Shown here in pieces: positions 1-12,931 of a stretch of 64,000 bases of DNA (its first letter is position 1; the number at the start of each line of letters is the position of its first letter). The stretch is taken from the NCBI GenBank assembly GCA_030390025.1, contig CM059441.1, positions 52,080,001 to 52,144,000 on the forward strand, in the 5' to 3' direction. The notes beneath the pieces were generated by a model, which did not search any database, was not told where the DNA came from, and was given only the letters and a program-made list of their open reading frames with translations. The DNA comes from Squalus acanthias. Taxonomy: Eukaryota. Position numbers and translations under genes: made by a program.

Positions 1-3000
1 CTCTCCCCTTCCCTCTCTCTCCTTCGCTCACTCTCTCCCTTCGCTCTCTCACTCCTTCCTTCGCTCTCTCTCCTTCAAGCTCTCTCTCCCCTTCGCTCTC
101 TCTCACCTTCGCTCTCTCTCTCCCCTTCGCTCTCTCTCTCCCCTTCGCTCTCTCTCTCCCCTTCCCTCTCTCTCTCCCCTTCCCTCTCTCTCCTTCGCTC
201 TCTCTCCCCTTCGCTCTCTCTCTCCCCTTCGCTCTCTCTCTCTCCTTCGCTCTCTCTCTCCCCTTCACTCTTGCTCCTTCGCTCTCTCTCCTTCACTTTT
301 TCTCTCTCCTTAACTCTCTCTCTCCCCTTCGCTCTCTCTCTTCACTCTCTCTCCCCTTTGCACTCTCTCTCCTTTGCTCTTTCTCCCCTTCGCTCTCTCT
401 CTCCTTCACTCTCTCCCCTTTGCTCTCTCTCCCCCTTCGCTCTCTCTCTCCTTTGCTCTATCTCTCCCCTTCGCTCTCTCTCCCCTTCGCTCTCTCTCTT
501 CACTCTCTCTCCCCTTCGCTCTTTCTCTCTTTTGCTCTCTCCCCTTCGCTTCTCTCTCCTTCGCTCTCTCTCCTTCACTCTCTCACTCCTTCACACTCTC
601 GCCCCTTCTCTCTCTCTGTCCTTCGCTATCTCTCTCCTTCGCTCTCTCTCTCCTTCACTCTCTCTCTCCTTCGCTCTCTCTCTCCTTCGCTCTCTTGCCC
701 CTTCGCGCTCTCTGTCCTTCGCTATCTCTCTCCTTCGCTCTCTCTCTCCTTCGCTCTCTCTCCCCTTCTCTCTCTCCTTTGCTCTCTCTCTCCTTCACTC
801 ACTCTATTCTTCACTCTCTCTGTCCTTCGCTATCTCTCTCCTTTGCTCTTTCTCCCCTTCGCTCTCTCTCTCCTTCACTCTCTCTCTCCTTCACTCTCTC
901 TCTCCTTCGCTCTCTCTCTCCTTCACTCTCTCACCCCTTCGCGCTCTCTGTCCTTCGCTATCTCTCTCCTTCGCTCTCTCGCTCCTTCGCTCTCTCTCCC
1001 CTTCTCTCTCTCCTTCGCTCTCTCTCTCCTTCGCGCTCTTTCACCCCTTCGTTCTCTCTCTCCTTACTTCGCTCTCTCTCTCCTTCACGCTCTTTCACCC
1101 CTTCGCTATCTCTCTCCTTCGCTCTCTCACTCCTTCGTTCTCTCACTCCTTTGCTCTCTCACTCCTTCGCTCTCTCGCCCCTTCACTCTCTCTGTCCTTC
1201 GCTATCTCTCTGCTTCGCTCTCTATCTCCTTCGCTCTCTCTCCCCTTCGCTCTCTCCTTTGCTCTCTCTCTCCTTCGCTCTCTCTCTCCTTCGCTCTCTC
1301 TCCTTCATGCTCTTTAACCCCTTCGCTCTCTCTCCCCTTCCTTCGCTCTCTCCCCTTCCCTCTCTCTCCTTCGCTCACTCTCTCCCTTCGCTCTCCCTCT
1401 CCTTCCTTCGCTCTCTCTCCTTCAAGCTCTCTCTCCCCTTCGCTCTCTCTCCCCTTCGCTCTCTCTCTCCCCTTCGCTCTCTCTCTCCCCTTCGCTCTCT
1501 CTCTCCCCTTCCCTCTCTCTCTCCCCTTCCCTCTCTCTCCTTCGCTCTCTCTCCCCTTCGCTCTCTCTCTCCCCTTCGCTCTCTCTCTCTCCTTCGCTCT
1601 CTCTCTCCCCTTCACTCTTGCTCCTTCGCTCTCTCTCCTTCACTTTTTCTCTCTCCTTAACTCTCTCTCTCCCCTTCGCTCTCTCTCTTCACTCTCTCTC
1701 CCCTTTGCACTCTCTCTCCTTTGCTCTTTCTCCCCTTCGCTCTCTCTCTCCTTCGCTCTCTCCCCTTTGCTCTCTCTCCCCCTTCGCTCTCTCTCTCCTT
1801 TGCTCTATCTCTCCCCTTCGCTCTCTCTCCCCTTCGCTCTCTCTCTTCACTCTCTCTCCCCTTCGCTCTTTCTCTCTTTTGCTCTCTCCCCTTCGCTTCT
1901 CTCTCCTTCGCTCTCTCTCCTTCACTCTCTCACTCCTTCACACTCTCGCCCCTTCTCTCTCTCTGTCCTTCGCTATCTCTCTCCTTCGCTCTCTCTCTCC
2001 TTCACTCTCTCTCTCCTTCACTCTCTCTCTCCTTCGCTCTCTTGCCCCTTCGCGCTCTCTGTCCTTCGCTATCTCTCTCCTTCGCTCTCTCTCTCCTTCG
2101 CTCTCTCTCCCCTTCTCTCTCTCCTTTGCTCTCTCTCTCCTTCACTCACTCTATTCTTCACTCTCTCTGTCCTTCGCTATCTCTCTCCTTTGCTCTTTCT
2201 CCCCTTCGCTCTCTCTCTCCTTCACTCTCTCTCTCCTTCACTCTCTCTCTCCTTCGCTCTCTCTCTCCTTCACTCTCTCACCCCTTCGCGCTCTCTGTCC
2301 TTCGCTATCTCTCTCCTTCGCTCTCTCGCTCCTTCGCTCTCTCTCCCCTTCTCTCTCTCCTTCGCTCTCTCTCTCCTTCGCGCTCTTTCACCCCTTCGTT
2401 CTCTCTCTCCTTACTTCGCTCTCTCTCTCCTTCACGCTCTTTCACCCCTTCGCTATCTCTCTCCTTCGCTCTCTCTCCCCTTCGCTCTCTCCCCTTCGCT
2501 CTCTCCTTTGCTCTCTCTCTCCATTGCTCTCTCTCCTTCGCTCTCTCTGCTTCGCTCTCTCTCTCCTTTGCTCTCTCTCTCCTTCGCTCTCTCACTGCTT
2601 CGCTCTCACTCCTTTGCTCTCTCACTCCTTCGCTCTCTCTCTCCTTTGCTCTCTCTCCCTTCGCTCTCTCTCTCCTTCGCTCTCTCTCTGCTTCGCTCTC
2701 TCTCTCCTTCGCTCTCTCTCCCCTTCGCTCTCTCCTTTGCTCTCTCTCTCCTTCACTCTCTCTTCTTCGCTCTCTCTCTCCTTCGTTCTCTCTCTCCTTT
2801 GCTCTCTCTCTCCTTTGCTCTCTCTCCTTCGTTCTCTCTCTCCTTCGCTCTCTCCCCTTCGCGCTCTCTCTCCTTCGCTCTCTCCACTTCGCTCTCTCTC
2901 TCCTTCTCTCTCTCTCCTTCGCGCTCTCTCTCCTTCGCTCTCTCTCCTTCGCTCTCTCACTCCTTCGCTCTCTCTCCTTCGCTCTCTCTCTCCTTCGCGC

Positions 3001-6000
3001 TCTCTCTCCTTCGCTCTCTCCCCTTCGCTCTCTCTCCCCTTTGCTCTCTCTCTCCTTCGTGGTATCTCTCCTTCGCTCTCTCCCCTTTGCTCTCTCTCTC
3101 CTTCGTGGTATCTCTCCTTCGCTCTCTCTCTCCTTCGCGCTCTCTCTCCTTCGCTCTCTCTCCCCTTCGCTCTCTCTCTCCTTCGCTCTCTCTCTCCTTC
3201 GCTCTCTCTCTTCTTCGCTCTCTCTCTCCTTCACGCTCTCTCTCCTTCGCTCTCTCACTCCTTCTCTCTCCTTTGCTCTCTCTCTCCTTCGCTCTCTCTC
3301 TCTCCTTCGCTCTCTCTCCTTCACTCTCTCGCCCCTTTGCTCTCTCTGTACTTCACTATCTCTCTCCTTCGCTCTCTCTCTCCTTCGCTCTCTCTCCCCT
3401 TCGCTCTCTCCTTTGCTCTCTCTCTCCATCCATCTCTCTCTTCTTCGCTCTCTCTCTCCTTCGCTCTCTCTCTCTCCTTCGCTCTCTCTCCCCTTCGCTC
3501 TCTCCTTTGCTCTCTCTCTCCTTCCATCTCTCTGTCCTTCGCTATCTCTCTCCTTCGCTCTCTCTCCCCTTCCCTCGCTCTCTCCCCTTCCCTCTCTCTC
3601 CTTCGCTCACTCTCTCCCTTCGCTCTCTCTCTCCTTCCTTCGCTCTCTCTCTCCTTCATGCTCTCTCTCCCCTTCGCTCTCTCTCCCCTTCGCTCTCTCT
3701 CTCTCCCCTTCGCTCTCTCTATCCCCTTCGCTCTCTCTCTCTCCCCTTCCCTCTCTCCTTCGCTCACTCTTTCCCTTTGCTCTCTCTCTCCTTCGCTCTC
3801 TGTCTCCCCTTCGCTCTCTCTCCTTTGCTCTCTCTCTCTTCCCTTCACTCTTGCTCCTTCGCTCTCTCTCTTTCCTTCACTCTTTCTCTCTCCTTAACTC
3901 TCTCTCTCCTTCACTCTCTCTCCCCTTCGCTCTCTCTCTTCACTCTCTCTCCCCTTCGCTCTCTCTCTCCTTTGCTCTTTCTCCCCTTCACTCTCTCTCT
4001 CTCCTTCGCTCTCTCCCCTTTGCTCTCTCTCCCCCTTCGCTCTCTCTCTTTTGCTCTCTCTCCTTCACTCTCTCTCTCCTTCACTCTCTCCCCCTTCTCG
4101 CTCTCTCTCTCCTTCACTCTCTCTCTCCTTCACTCTCTCTCCCCTTCGCTCTCTATCTTCTTCGCTCTCTCTCTCCTTCGCTCTCTCTCTCCTTCGCTCT
4201 CTCTCCTTCACTCTCTCTCCTTCGCTCTCTCTCTCTCCTTCACTCTCTCGCCCCTTCGCTCTCTCTGTCCTTCGCTATCTCTCTCCTTCACTCTCTCTCT
4301 CCTTCGCTCTCTCTCCCCTTCGCTCTCTCCTTTGCTCTCTCTCTCCTTCACTCTCTCTCTTCTTCCCTCTCTCTGTCCTTCGCTATCTCTCTCCTTCGCT
4401 CTCTCTCTCCTTCGCTCTCTCTCCCCTTCGCTCTCTCCTTCACTCTCTCTTCGTCGCTATCTCTCTCCTTTGCTCTCTATCTCCTTCACGCTCTTTAACC
4501 CCTTCGCTCTGTCTCCCCTTCCCTCGCTCTCTCCCCTTCCCTCTCTCTCCTTCACTCACTCTCTCCCTTTGCTCTCTCTCCTTCCTTCGCTCTCTCTCTC
4601 CTTCACGCTCTCTCTCCCCTTCGCTCTCTCTCCCCTTCCCTCTCTCTCCCCTTCACTCTCTCTCTCCTTCGCTCTCTCTCTCCCCTTCACTCTTGCTCCT
4701 TCGCTCTCTCTCTCTCCTTCACTCTTTCTCTCTCCTTAACTCTCTCTCTCCTTCACTCTCTCTCCCCTTCGCTCTCTCTCTTCACTCTCTCTCCCCTTCG
4801 CTCTCTCTCTCCTTTGCTCTTTCTCCCCTTCACTCTCTCTCTCTCCTTCGCTCTCTCCCCTTTGCTCTCTCTCCCCCTTCGCTCTCTCCCCTTTGCTCTC
4901 TCTCCCCCTTCGCTCTCTCTCTCTTTTGCTCTCTCTCCTTCACTCTCTCTCTCCTTCACTCTCTCCCCCTACTCGCTCTCTCTCTCCTTCACTCTCTCTC
5001 TCCTTCACTCTCTCTCCCCTTCGCTCTCTATCTTCTTCGCTCTCTCTCTCCTTCGCTCTCTCTCTCCTTCGCTCTCTCTCCTTCGCTCTCTCTCTTCACT
5101 CTCTCTCCCCTTCTCTCTCTCTCCCCTTCGCCTCTCTCCATTTCGCTCTCTCTCTCTTTTGCTCTCTCTCTCCTTCGCTCTCTCTCTTTCACTCTCTCCC
5201 CTTCGCTCTCTCTCCTTCGCTCTCTCTCTCCTTTGCTCGCTCTCCCCCATCGCGCTCTCTCTCCTTTGCTCTATCTCTCCCCTTCGCTTCTCTCTCCTTC
5301 GCTCTCTCTCTCCTTCACTCTCTCTCTCTCCTTCACTCTCTCTCCCCTTCACTCTCTCCCCCTTCGCTCTCTCTCCCCTTCTCTCTCTCTCTCCTTCACT
5401 CTCTCTCTCCTTCACTCTCTCTCGCTCCTTCACTCTCTCCCCCTTCGCTCTCTCTGCCCCTTCACTCTCTCTCTCTCTCCTTCACTCTCTCTCTCTCTCC
5501 TTCACTCTCTCTCTCTCTCCTTCACTCTCTCTCTCTCTCCTTCACTCTCTCTCCTTCACTCTCTCTCACTCCTTCTCTCTCCTTTGCTCTCTCTCTCCTT
5601 TGCTCTCTCTCTCCTTCGCTCTCTTTCTCTCCTTCGCTCTCTCTCCTTCACTCTCTCGCCCCTTTGCTCTCTCTGTACTTCACTATCTCTCTCCTTCGCT
5701 CTCTCTCTCCTTCGCTCTCTCTCCCCTTCGCTCTCTCCTTTGCTCTCTCTCTCCTTCCATCTCTCTCTTCTTCGCTCTCTCTCTCCTTCGCTCTCTCTCC
5801 CCTTCGCTCTCTCCTTTGCTCTCTCTCTCCTCCATCTCTCTGTCCTTCGCTATCTCTCTCCTTCGCTCACTCTCTCCCTTCGCTCTCTCTCTCCTTCCTT
5901 CGCTCTCTCTCTCCTTCATGCTCTCTCTCCCCTTCGCTCTCTCTCCCCTTCGCTCTCTCTCTCCCCTTCGCTCTCTCTCTCCCCTTCGCTCTCTCTCTCC

Positions 6001-7710
6001 CCTTCCCTCTCTCTCTCCCCTTCCCTCTCTCCTTCGCTCACTCTTTCCCTTCGCTCTCTCTCTCCTTCGCGCTCTGTCTCCCCTTCGCTCTCTCTCCTTT
6101 GCTCTCTCTCTCCCCTTCACTCTTGCTCCTTCGCTCTCTCTCTTTCCTTCACTCTTTCTCTCTCCTTCACTCTCTCTCCCCTTCGCTCTCTCTCTTCACT
6201 CTCTCTCCCCTTCGCTCTCTCTCTACTTTGCTCTTTCTCCCCTTCACTCTCTCTCTCTCCTTCGCTCTCTCCCCTTTGCTCTCTCTCCCCCTTCGCTCTC
6301 TCCTTTGCTTTATCTCTCCCCTTCGCTCTCTCTCTCTTTTGCTCTCTCTCCTTCACTCTCTCTCTCTCCTTCACTCTCTCCCCCTTCTCTCTCTCTCTCT
6401 CCTTCGCTCTCTCTCTCCTTCACTCTCTCTCCCCTTCGCTCTCTATCTTCTTCGCTCTCTCTCTCCTTCGCTCTCTCTCCTTCTCTCTCTCTCCTTCGCT
6501 CTCTCTCTCTCCTTCACTCTCTCGCCCCTTCGCTCTCTCTGTCCTTCGCTATCTCTCTCCTTCACTCTCTCTCTCCTTCGCTCTCTCTCCCCTTCGCTCT
6601 CTCCTTTGCTCTCTCTCTCCTTCACTCTCTCTCTTCTTCCCTCTCTCTGTCCTTCGCTATCTCTCTCCTTCGCTCTCTCTCTCCTTCGCTCTCTCTCCCC
6701 TTCGCTCTCTCCTTCACTCTCTCTTCGTCGCTATCTCTCTCCTTTGCTCTCTATCTCCTTCACGCTCTTTAACCCCTTCGCTCTGTCTCCCCTTCCCTCG
6801 CTCTCTCCCCTTCCCTCTCTCTCCTTCACTCACTCTCTCCCTTTGCTCTCTCTCTCCTTCCTTCGCTCTCTCTCTCCTTCACGCTCACTCTCCCCTTCGC
6901 TCTCTCTCTCCCCTTCCCTCTCTCTCCCCTTCCCTCTCTCTCCTTCGCTCTCTCTCCCCTTCACTCTCTCTCTCCTTCACTCTCTCTCTCCCCTTCACTC
7001 TTGCTCCTTCGCTCTCTCTCTCTCCTTCGCTCTCTCTCCCCTTCTCTCTCTCTCCCCTTCGCCTCTCTCCATTTCGCTCTCTCTCTCTTTTGCTCTCTCT
7101 CCTTCGCTCTCTCTCTTTCACTCTCTCCCCTTCGCTCTCTCTCCTTCGCTCTCTCTCTCCTTTGCTCGCTCTCCCCCATCGCGCTCTCTCTCCTTTGCTC
7201 TATCTCTCCCCTTCGCTTCTCTCTCCTTCGCTCTCTCTCTCCTTCACTCTCTCTCTCTCCTTCACTCTCTCTCCCCTTCACTCTCTCCCCCTTCGCTCTC
7301 TCTCCCCTTCACTCTCTCTCTCTCCTTCACTCTCTCTCTCCTTCACTCTCTCTCGCTCCTTCACTCTCTCCCCCTTCGCTCTCTCTGCCCCTTCACTCTC
7401 TCTCTCTCTCTCCTTCACTCTCTCTCCTTCACTCTCTCTCCTTCACTCTCTCCCCTTCACTCTCTCCCCCTCACTCTCTGCTCCTTCACTCTCTTTCTCC
7501 TTCACTCTCTCTCGCTCCTTCACTCTCTTCCCTTCACTCTCTCCCCCTTTGCTCTCTCTGCCCCTTCACTCTCTCTCTCTCTCCTTCACTCTCTCTCGCT
7601 CCTTCACTCTCTCCCCTTCACTCTCTTTCTCCTCCCCCATCACCCTCATCTCCCCTGTCTTCTCTCCCCTCTCTCTTCTCTCCCCCCCTCTCTCTCTCTC
7701 TGTCTCTTTC
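1..7710. repeat. Complex pyrimidine-rich satellite, (CCTTCGCTCTCTCT)n-like, with a 1347-bp higher-order duplication
   Basis: The + strand is almost all C/T. Near-identical ORFs recur at a 1347-bp offset (75/1422, 271/1618, 342/1689, 374/1721). The array runs off the window start. Confidence 0.97.
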
Positions 7711-9496
7711 TCGAGTATTTTTAATGTGAGTCTTGCTGATCGAGGTTATTCACTGTTGCAGTTTATAGCGACTCTTGGACTCCCGAGTTTTTTGTATGAC
7801 TTCTGGACTACAGTCTTTAGAATGTGATGTACTATGTAGATAGATAAGTATTCGTGATCTAATTGCACCCAGAAAGTGACTGTGCAAACAGCCAGCTGCA
7901 TTTAACATTGACATTTCCTTGCTTCCTGAAGATATTTTTAGACTGCGCATAAAGTGAGCTGCAGGGTCAGGTGAGGTGTCCTGCATCATCGTGTGGTGCA
8001 GTCTGATGATCAGGCTGGCGCTCCGCCAGCCTCACTAAAGCAAGAGTTGAGTGGCTAACCTTGCCCACTCCCTCACGGGGTCCTGCTGCTGTAATGATCG
8101 TGCCCTTGGGTCAGTCAGAGAGCCACTTCAGAAAGCACATGGACATGTATTTCAATCACCGATGCAGCGCTTCCGTTCTGTGTGAGCAAGAAGCTCAGGG
8201 TCCTGGGTGGGTGGGGATCTGAGACACGGCTCCGAATATTGCTGGCGAGCCCTCAAATCACAAACCAGGCGACGGTGCTGCTCCCGCATTCTACCAGAGA
8301 ATTTGAAATGCAAAATAAACGATTAACGCCGGTCACAAGTTGTATCGAAACCCAAAAGAGGTCAAGTTGCTGGGGTGGGGAGATTGATTTTCCCGTGGAA
8401 TGTGTGGAATTGGATGCTGCACAGCATGGATGGGGAATCTATTGTTGCCGATATTCCTCCCAGTCTCAGTACCCTGGAGGGTGTTGTGTGTGTGAAGCAA
8501 TATTAAAACAGTCTCGGGATTCCGAGTCATTTGGAAACTTCACTGCACAGTCATGCTGCCCTTCCTCTTCTGTGTCTTAGCACCATTGCCTGAAACTTCA
8601 TCAGTCAACAGAAGGAAAGACTTTCCTTTCTACAGCGCCGTGCACAACCTCGGGATGTCCCACAGCGCTTCACAGCCAACTTTTGGAGTCTTAGTCACTG
8701 TTCTATTTTCCAGCCCCTTTTTCCAAGAAAACCAAAATTTGCAGCCGAACTTTTGCTGGAAATGAGAAGCGCAGCTTTAATCTGTGAGCTCACCCTTGGA
8801 TTGACCGCACGGAACGCCACTCTGTCCAAACTGGAAGTACGTTCCTGTCCAAGCAGATACAGTTTGTGCAGTTGATTGAGAATGCTCCACATAACGGTGT
8901 CCAACCTGTCTGCGATTCTTCCCAGTCTCTTGAGAGAGGTCAATGTCACAATTACATTCCCAAGAGGACAAAAGCTTGCAAAATGTTCTTCCAGCTCCCC
9001 GGCAGCGATCCCGTGAGATTGCCGGATATCTGTCTCAAGCTGCACCCCATCCCATTGTAGTGGAGATGGCAGCTGGAGCCTTGTGCGGTTTCTCAATTTG
9101 TGGAGGAATGGTTCGAGACTGGCACCAATACAGTTTACAGTGGCTATTTTATTGCCAGCTAGTAAAATATCAACGCATGCAAGTATTTAAGCAGTAGCTA
9201 ACAGAATAGGGCAAGAATTGATATTACCCGCTCCGATCCTGGGTAAGGCCCAATGTCCCGTTTGCCAGTCACCAGTCAAGCTGTGCCTTCCTCCATTGCG
9301 GTGTGACTCCCAGTGTTGACCCTGCAACTTGAACTGCAAGCTTGCCTCTGCTTTTAACCCCAAGGAACAAGACAGCTGCAGACTGCATTCTCCTTCCCTG
9401 GAGAGTCAATTCAATAGCTTTATCCCATTTCCTGAACCATCACCTCTGTCCAACAGATAATGGCCATCCTGTTTGTTTGACTCCCCTCACTCACAA

Positions 9497-10490
9497 GTGA
9501 GGAGGACATAAAAAACCTACAAGGGGATATAGACAGGCTGGGTGAGTGGGCGGAGATTTGGCAGATGCAATACAATATTGGAAAATGTGAGGTTATGCAC
9601 TTTGGCAGGAAAAATCAGAGAGCAAGTTATTATCTTAATGGCAAGAAACTGGAAAGTACTGAAGTACAAAGGGATCTGGGGGTCCTAGTGCAAGAAAATC
9701 AAAAAGTTAGTATGCAGGTGCAGCAGGTGATCAAGAAGGCCAATGGAATGTTGGCTTTTATTGCTAGGGTGATAGATTATAAAAATAGGGAGGTATTGCT
9801 GCAGTTATATAAGGTATTGGTGAGACCGCACCTGGAATACTGCATACAGTTTTGGTGTACATACTTAAGAAAAGACATACTTGCTCTCGAGGCAGTACAA
9901 AGAAGGTTCACTCGGTTAATCCCGGGGATGGACATATGAGGAGAGGTTGAGTAGATTGGGACTCTACTCATTGGAGTTCAGAAGAATGAGAGGCGATCTT
10001 ATTGAAACATATAAGATTGTGAAGGGGCTTGATCGGGTGGATGCGGTAAGGATGTTCCCAAGGATGGGTGAAACTAGAACTAGGGGGCATAATCTTAGAA
10101 TAAGGGACTGCTCTTTCAAAACTGAGATGAGGAGAAACTTCTTCACTCAGAGGGTAGTAGGTCTGTGGAATTTGCTGCCCCAGGAAGCTGTGGAAGCTAC
10201 ATCATTAAATAAATTTAAAACAGAAATAGACAGTTTCCTAGAAGTAAAGGGAATTAGGGGTTACGGGGAGCGGGCAGGAAATTGGACATGAGGCTGAGTT
10301 CGGATCGGTCAAGGCCCTGTGGGTGGCGGAGCGGGCCCAGGGGCTGAGTGGCTGGGTCCTGCTCCTACTTCTTGTGTTCTTTAGATTTGAGGTTAGGATC
10401 AGATCAGCCATGATCTTATTGAATGGCGGAGCAGGCTCGAGGGGCCGATTGGCCTACTCCTGCTCCTATTTCTTATGTTCTTATGTTCTT
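9497..10490 (+). mobile_element. CR1 LINE, 5'-truncated (RT C-terminus plus 3' UTR)
   Basis: ORFs WQMQYNIGKCEVMHFGRKN...LVRPHLEYC...VQRRFTRLIPG and LGLYSLEFRRMRGDLIE...TRGH; TTCTTATG repeat tail at about 10470-10490. Confidence 0.92.
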
Positions 10491-12735
10491 AACCTACCTC
10501 CCTCTGAACTTGCAGCACTCCATTCTCTCAGATCCAACCCCGACATTGTCATTAAACCTGCTGACATGGGTGGTGCTGTTGTTGTTTGGCGAACCGACCT
10601 CTACCTAGCGGAAGCTGAACGCCAACTCTCCGACACCTCCTCCTACCTCCACCTGGACCATGACCCCACTACCGAACATCAAGCCACCATTTCCAAGACT
10701 GTCACTGACCTCATCTCCTCTGGAGACCTTCCCCCCACGGCCGCCAACCTCATAGTTCCCCAACCCTGCAGAGCCCGCTTCTACCTCCTTCCCAAGATCC
10801 ACAAACAGGACTGCCCTGGTAGACCCATCGTTTCAGCCTGTTCTTGCCCCACGGAACTTATCTCTTCCTATCTCGACTCTTTTTTCTCCCCTTGTCCAGT
10901 CTCTTCCCACCTACATCTGCGACTCTTCCGACGCCCTCCGCCACTTTAACAGTTTCCAGTTTCCCGGCCCCAACCGCCTCCTTTTCAATATGGACGTACA
11001 ATCCCTCTACACCTCCATCCCCCACCAGGATGGCCTGAGGGCGCTCCGCTTCTTCCTTGAACAGAGGCCCAACCAGTCCCCATCCACCACCACCCTCCTC
11101 CGCCTGGCTGAACTTGTTCTCACATTGAACAACTTCTCCTTTGACTCCACCCATTTCCTCCAAATTAAAGGTGTTGCTATGGGTACCTGCATGGGTCCCA
11201 GCTATGCCTGCCTTTTTGTGGGATACGTGGAACACTCTTTGTTCCAGTCCTACTCGGGTCCCCTCCCTCACCTCTTTTTCCGGTACATTGATGACTGTAT
11301 CGGTGCCGTCTCCTGCTCTCGCCCTGAACTAGAACATTTCATTCACTTTGCTTCCAATTTCCACCCTTCCCTCACCTTCACATGGTCCATCTCCGACTCT
11401 TCCCTTCCCTTCCTCGACTTCTCCGTCTCCATCTCTGGGGATAAGTTATTGACTAACATTCACTGCAAGCCCACTGACTCCCACAGCTACCTGGACTACA
11501 CTTCCTCCCAACCCGCTTCCTGTAAGGACTCTATTCCATTCTCCCAGTTTCTCCATCTCTGCCGCATCTGCTCTGACGATGCCACCTTCCATACCAGTGC
11601 TTCCGACATGTCTTCCTTTTTCCTCAACCGAGGATTCCCCTCTACTGTGGTTGACACGGCCCTTGACCGTGTCCATTCTATTTCCCGCACTTCTGCTCTC
11701 ACCCGTTCCCCTCCCTCCCGGAACCACGACAGGGTTCCCCTTGTCCTCACCTTTCACCTCACCAGCCTCCACATTCAACAGATCATCCTCCGCCATTTCT
11801 GCCACCTCCAGCGTGATCCCACCACCAAACACATCTTCCCCTCACCTCCCCTTTCAGCATTCCGAAGGGACCGCTCCCTCCACGACACCCGGGTCCACTC
11901 CTCAATCACCCCCAACACCCCTTCCCCTTCGCCCGGCACCTTCCCGTGCAAGCGCAGGAGATGCAACACATGCCCTTATACCTCCCCTCTTCCCACTGTC
12001 CAGGGCCCCAAACACCCCTTCCAGGTGAAACAGCGATTTACTTGTACTTCCTGCTAATTAGTATACTGTATTCGCTGCTCACGATGTGGTCTCCTCTACA
12101 CTGGGGAGACCAAACGCAGATTGGGTGACCGTTTTGCGGAACACCTCCGTTCAGTCCGTAAGGGGGACCCCGAGCTCCCGGTCGCCTGTCACTTTAATTC
12201 ACCGCTTCACTCCCACTCTGACCTCACCGTCCTCGGCCTATTACACTGTTCCATGGAAGCGCAGCGTAAATTCGAGGAACAGCACCTCATCTTTCGTTTA
12301 GGCACGCTACAGCCCTCTGGACTCAATATCGAATTCAACAATTTTAGATCATAACCTCGGCCCCAATCACATTTATATTTTATTTTTTCATCCACCCTTT
12401 TGTTTGGCCCCCCCTTTTTTTTCCTCCCAGAAGCTGGCAGCTGTCCTTCATTCTGCCCGTGCATTTCACACTTCATTCAACCTCAACCTGTCACATGAAC
12501 ACCTCCTCTTGCCTTGATTATCTCTTAATGTCTCTCAATGTCTCTTAATCTCTCCTTTTGTTCTTTCATCCCCTCCCCCTTTTCGCAGCTTTATCCTTGC
12601 TTTAAATCTATTTCATTTCCTGCCTTTTTCCAGTTCTGACGAAGGGTCTTCGACCTGAAACGTTAACTCTGTTTCTCTCTCCACGGATGCTGCCTGGCCT
12701 GCTGAGTTTTTCCAACGTTTTCTGTTGTTATTTCT
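10491..12735 (+). mobile_element. Penelope-like retroelement (RT plus GIY-YIG endonuclease), frameshifted; a 5' stub at about 9481-9495 is separated by the CR1 insertion
   Basis: Motifs IVIKPADMGG, RFYLLPKIHK, PGRPIVS, MDVQSLYTSIP, GVAMGT, FRYIDD, then YCIRCSRCGLLYTGETKRRLGDRFAEH (GIY-YIG). Confidence 0.93.
12632..12668 (+). ncRNA. Minimal type I hammerhead ribozyme motif in the Penelope terminal region
   Basis: AGTT-CTGACGA-A-GGGTC/TTC/GACCT-GAAA-CG-TT-AACT: CUGANGA and GAAA core, stem II, stem I AGUU/AACU, palindromic AACGTT in place of stem III. Confidence 0.75.
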
Positions 12736-12931
12736 GTTTGTTTGACTATTGGTCAACTTAAACTGTAGTTTCCTGCCTAGCACTTCAAAGGAGCATGAGG
12801 GGAAATTGAGACCATCCCAGATCGTTAATGTGATCTTGGGTGCCTCCATTGTTCTGGCCAATCTGATATTAACACCTCTCATGGGATGTTGCCCCGACTG
12901 CTTGTTCCTGCTTCCCCATTGCCCCGACTAA

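Noticed and set aside
271-7827. Very long Ser/Leu/Pro/Phe ORFs and Glu/Arg ORFs
   Set aside because: Artefact of the CT satellite, which rarely forms stop codons; it is open in all frames.
8695-9096. 133-aa minus ORF and an overlapping WECNCD (LRR-cap-like) peptide
   Set aside because: No further family motifs or convincing splice sites; it cannot be assigned without a search.
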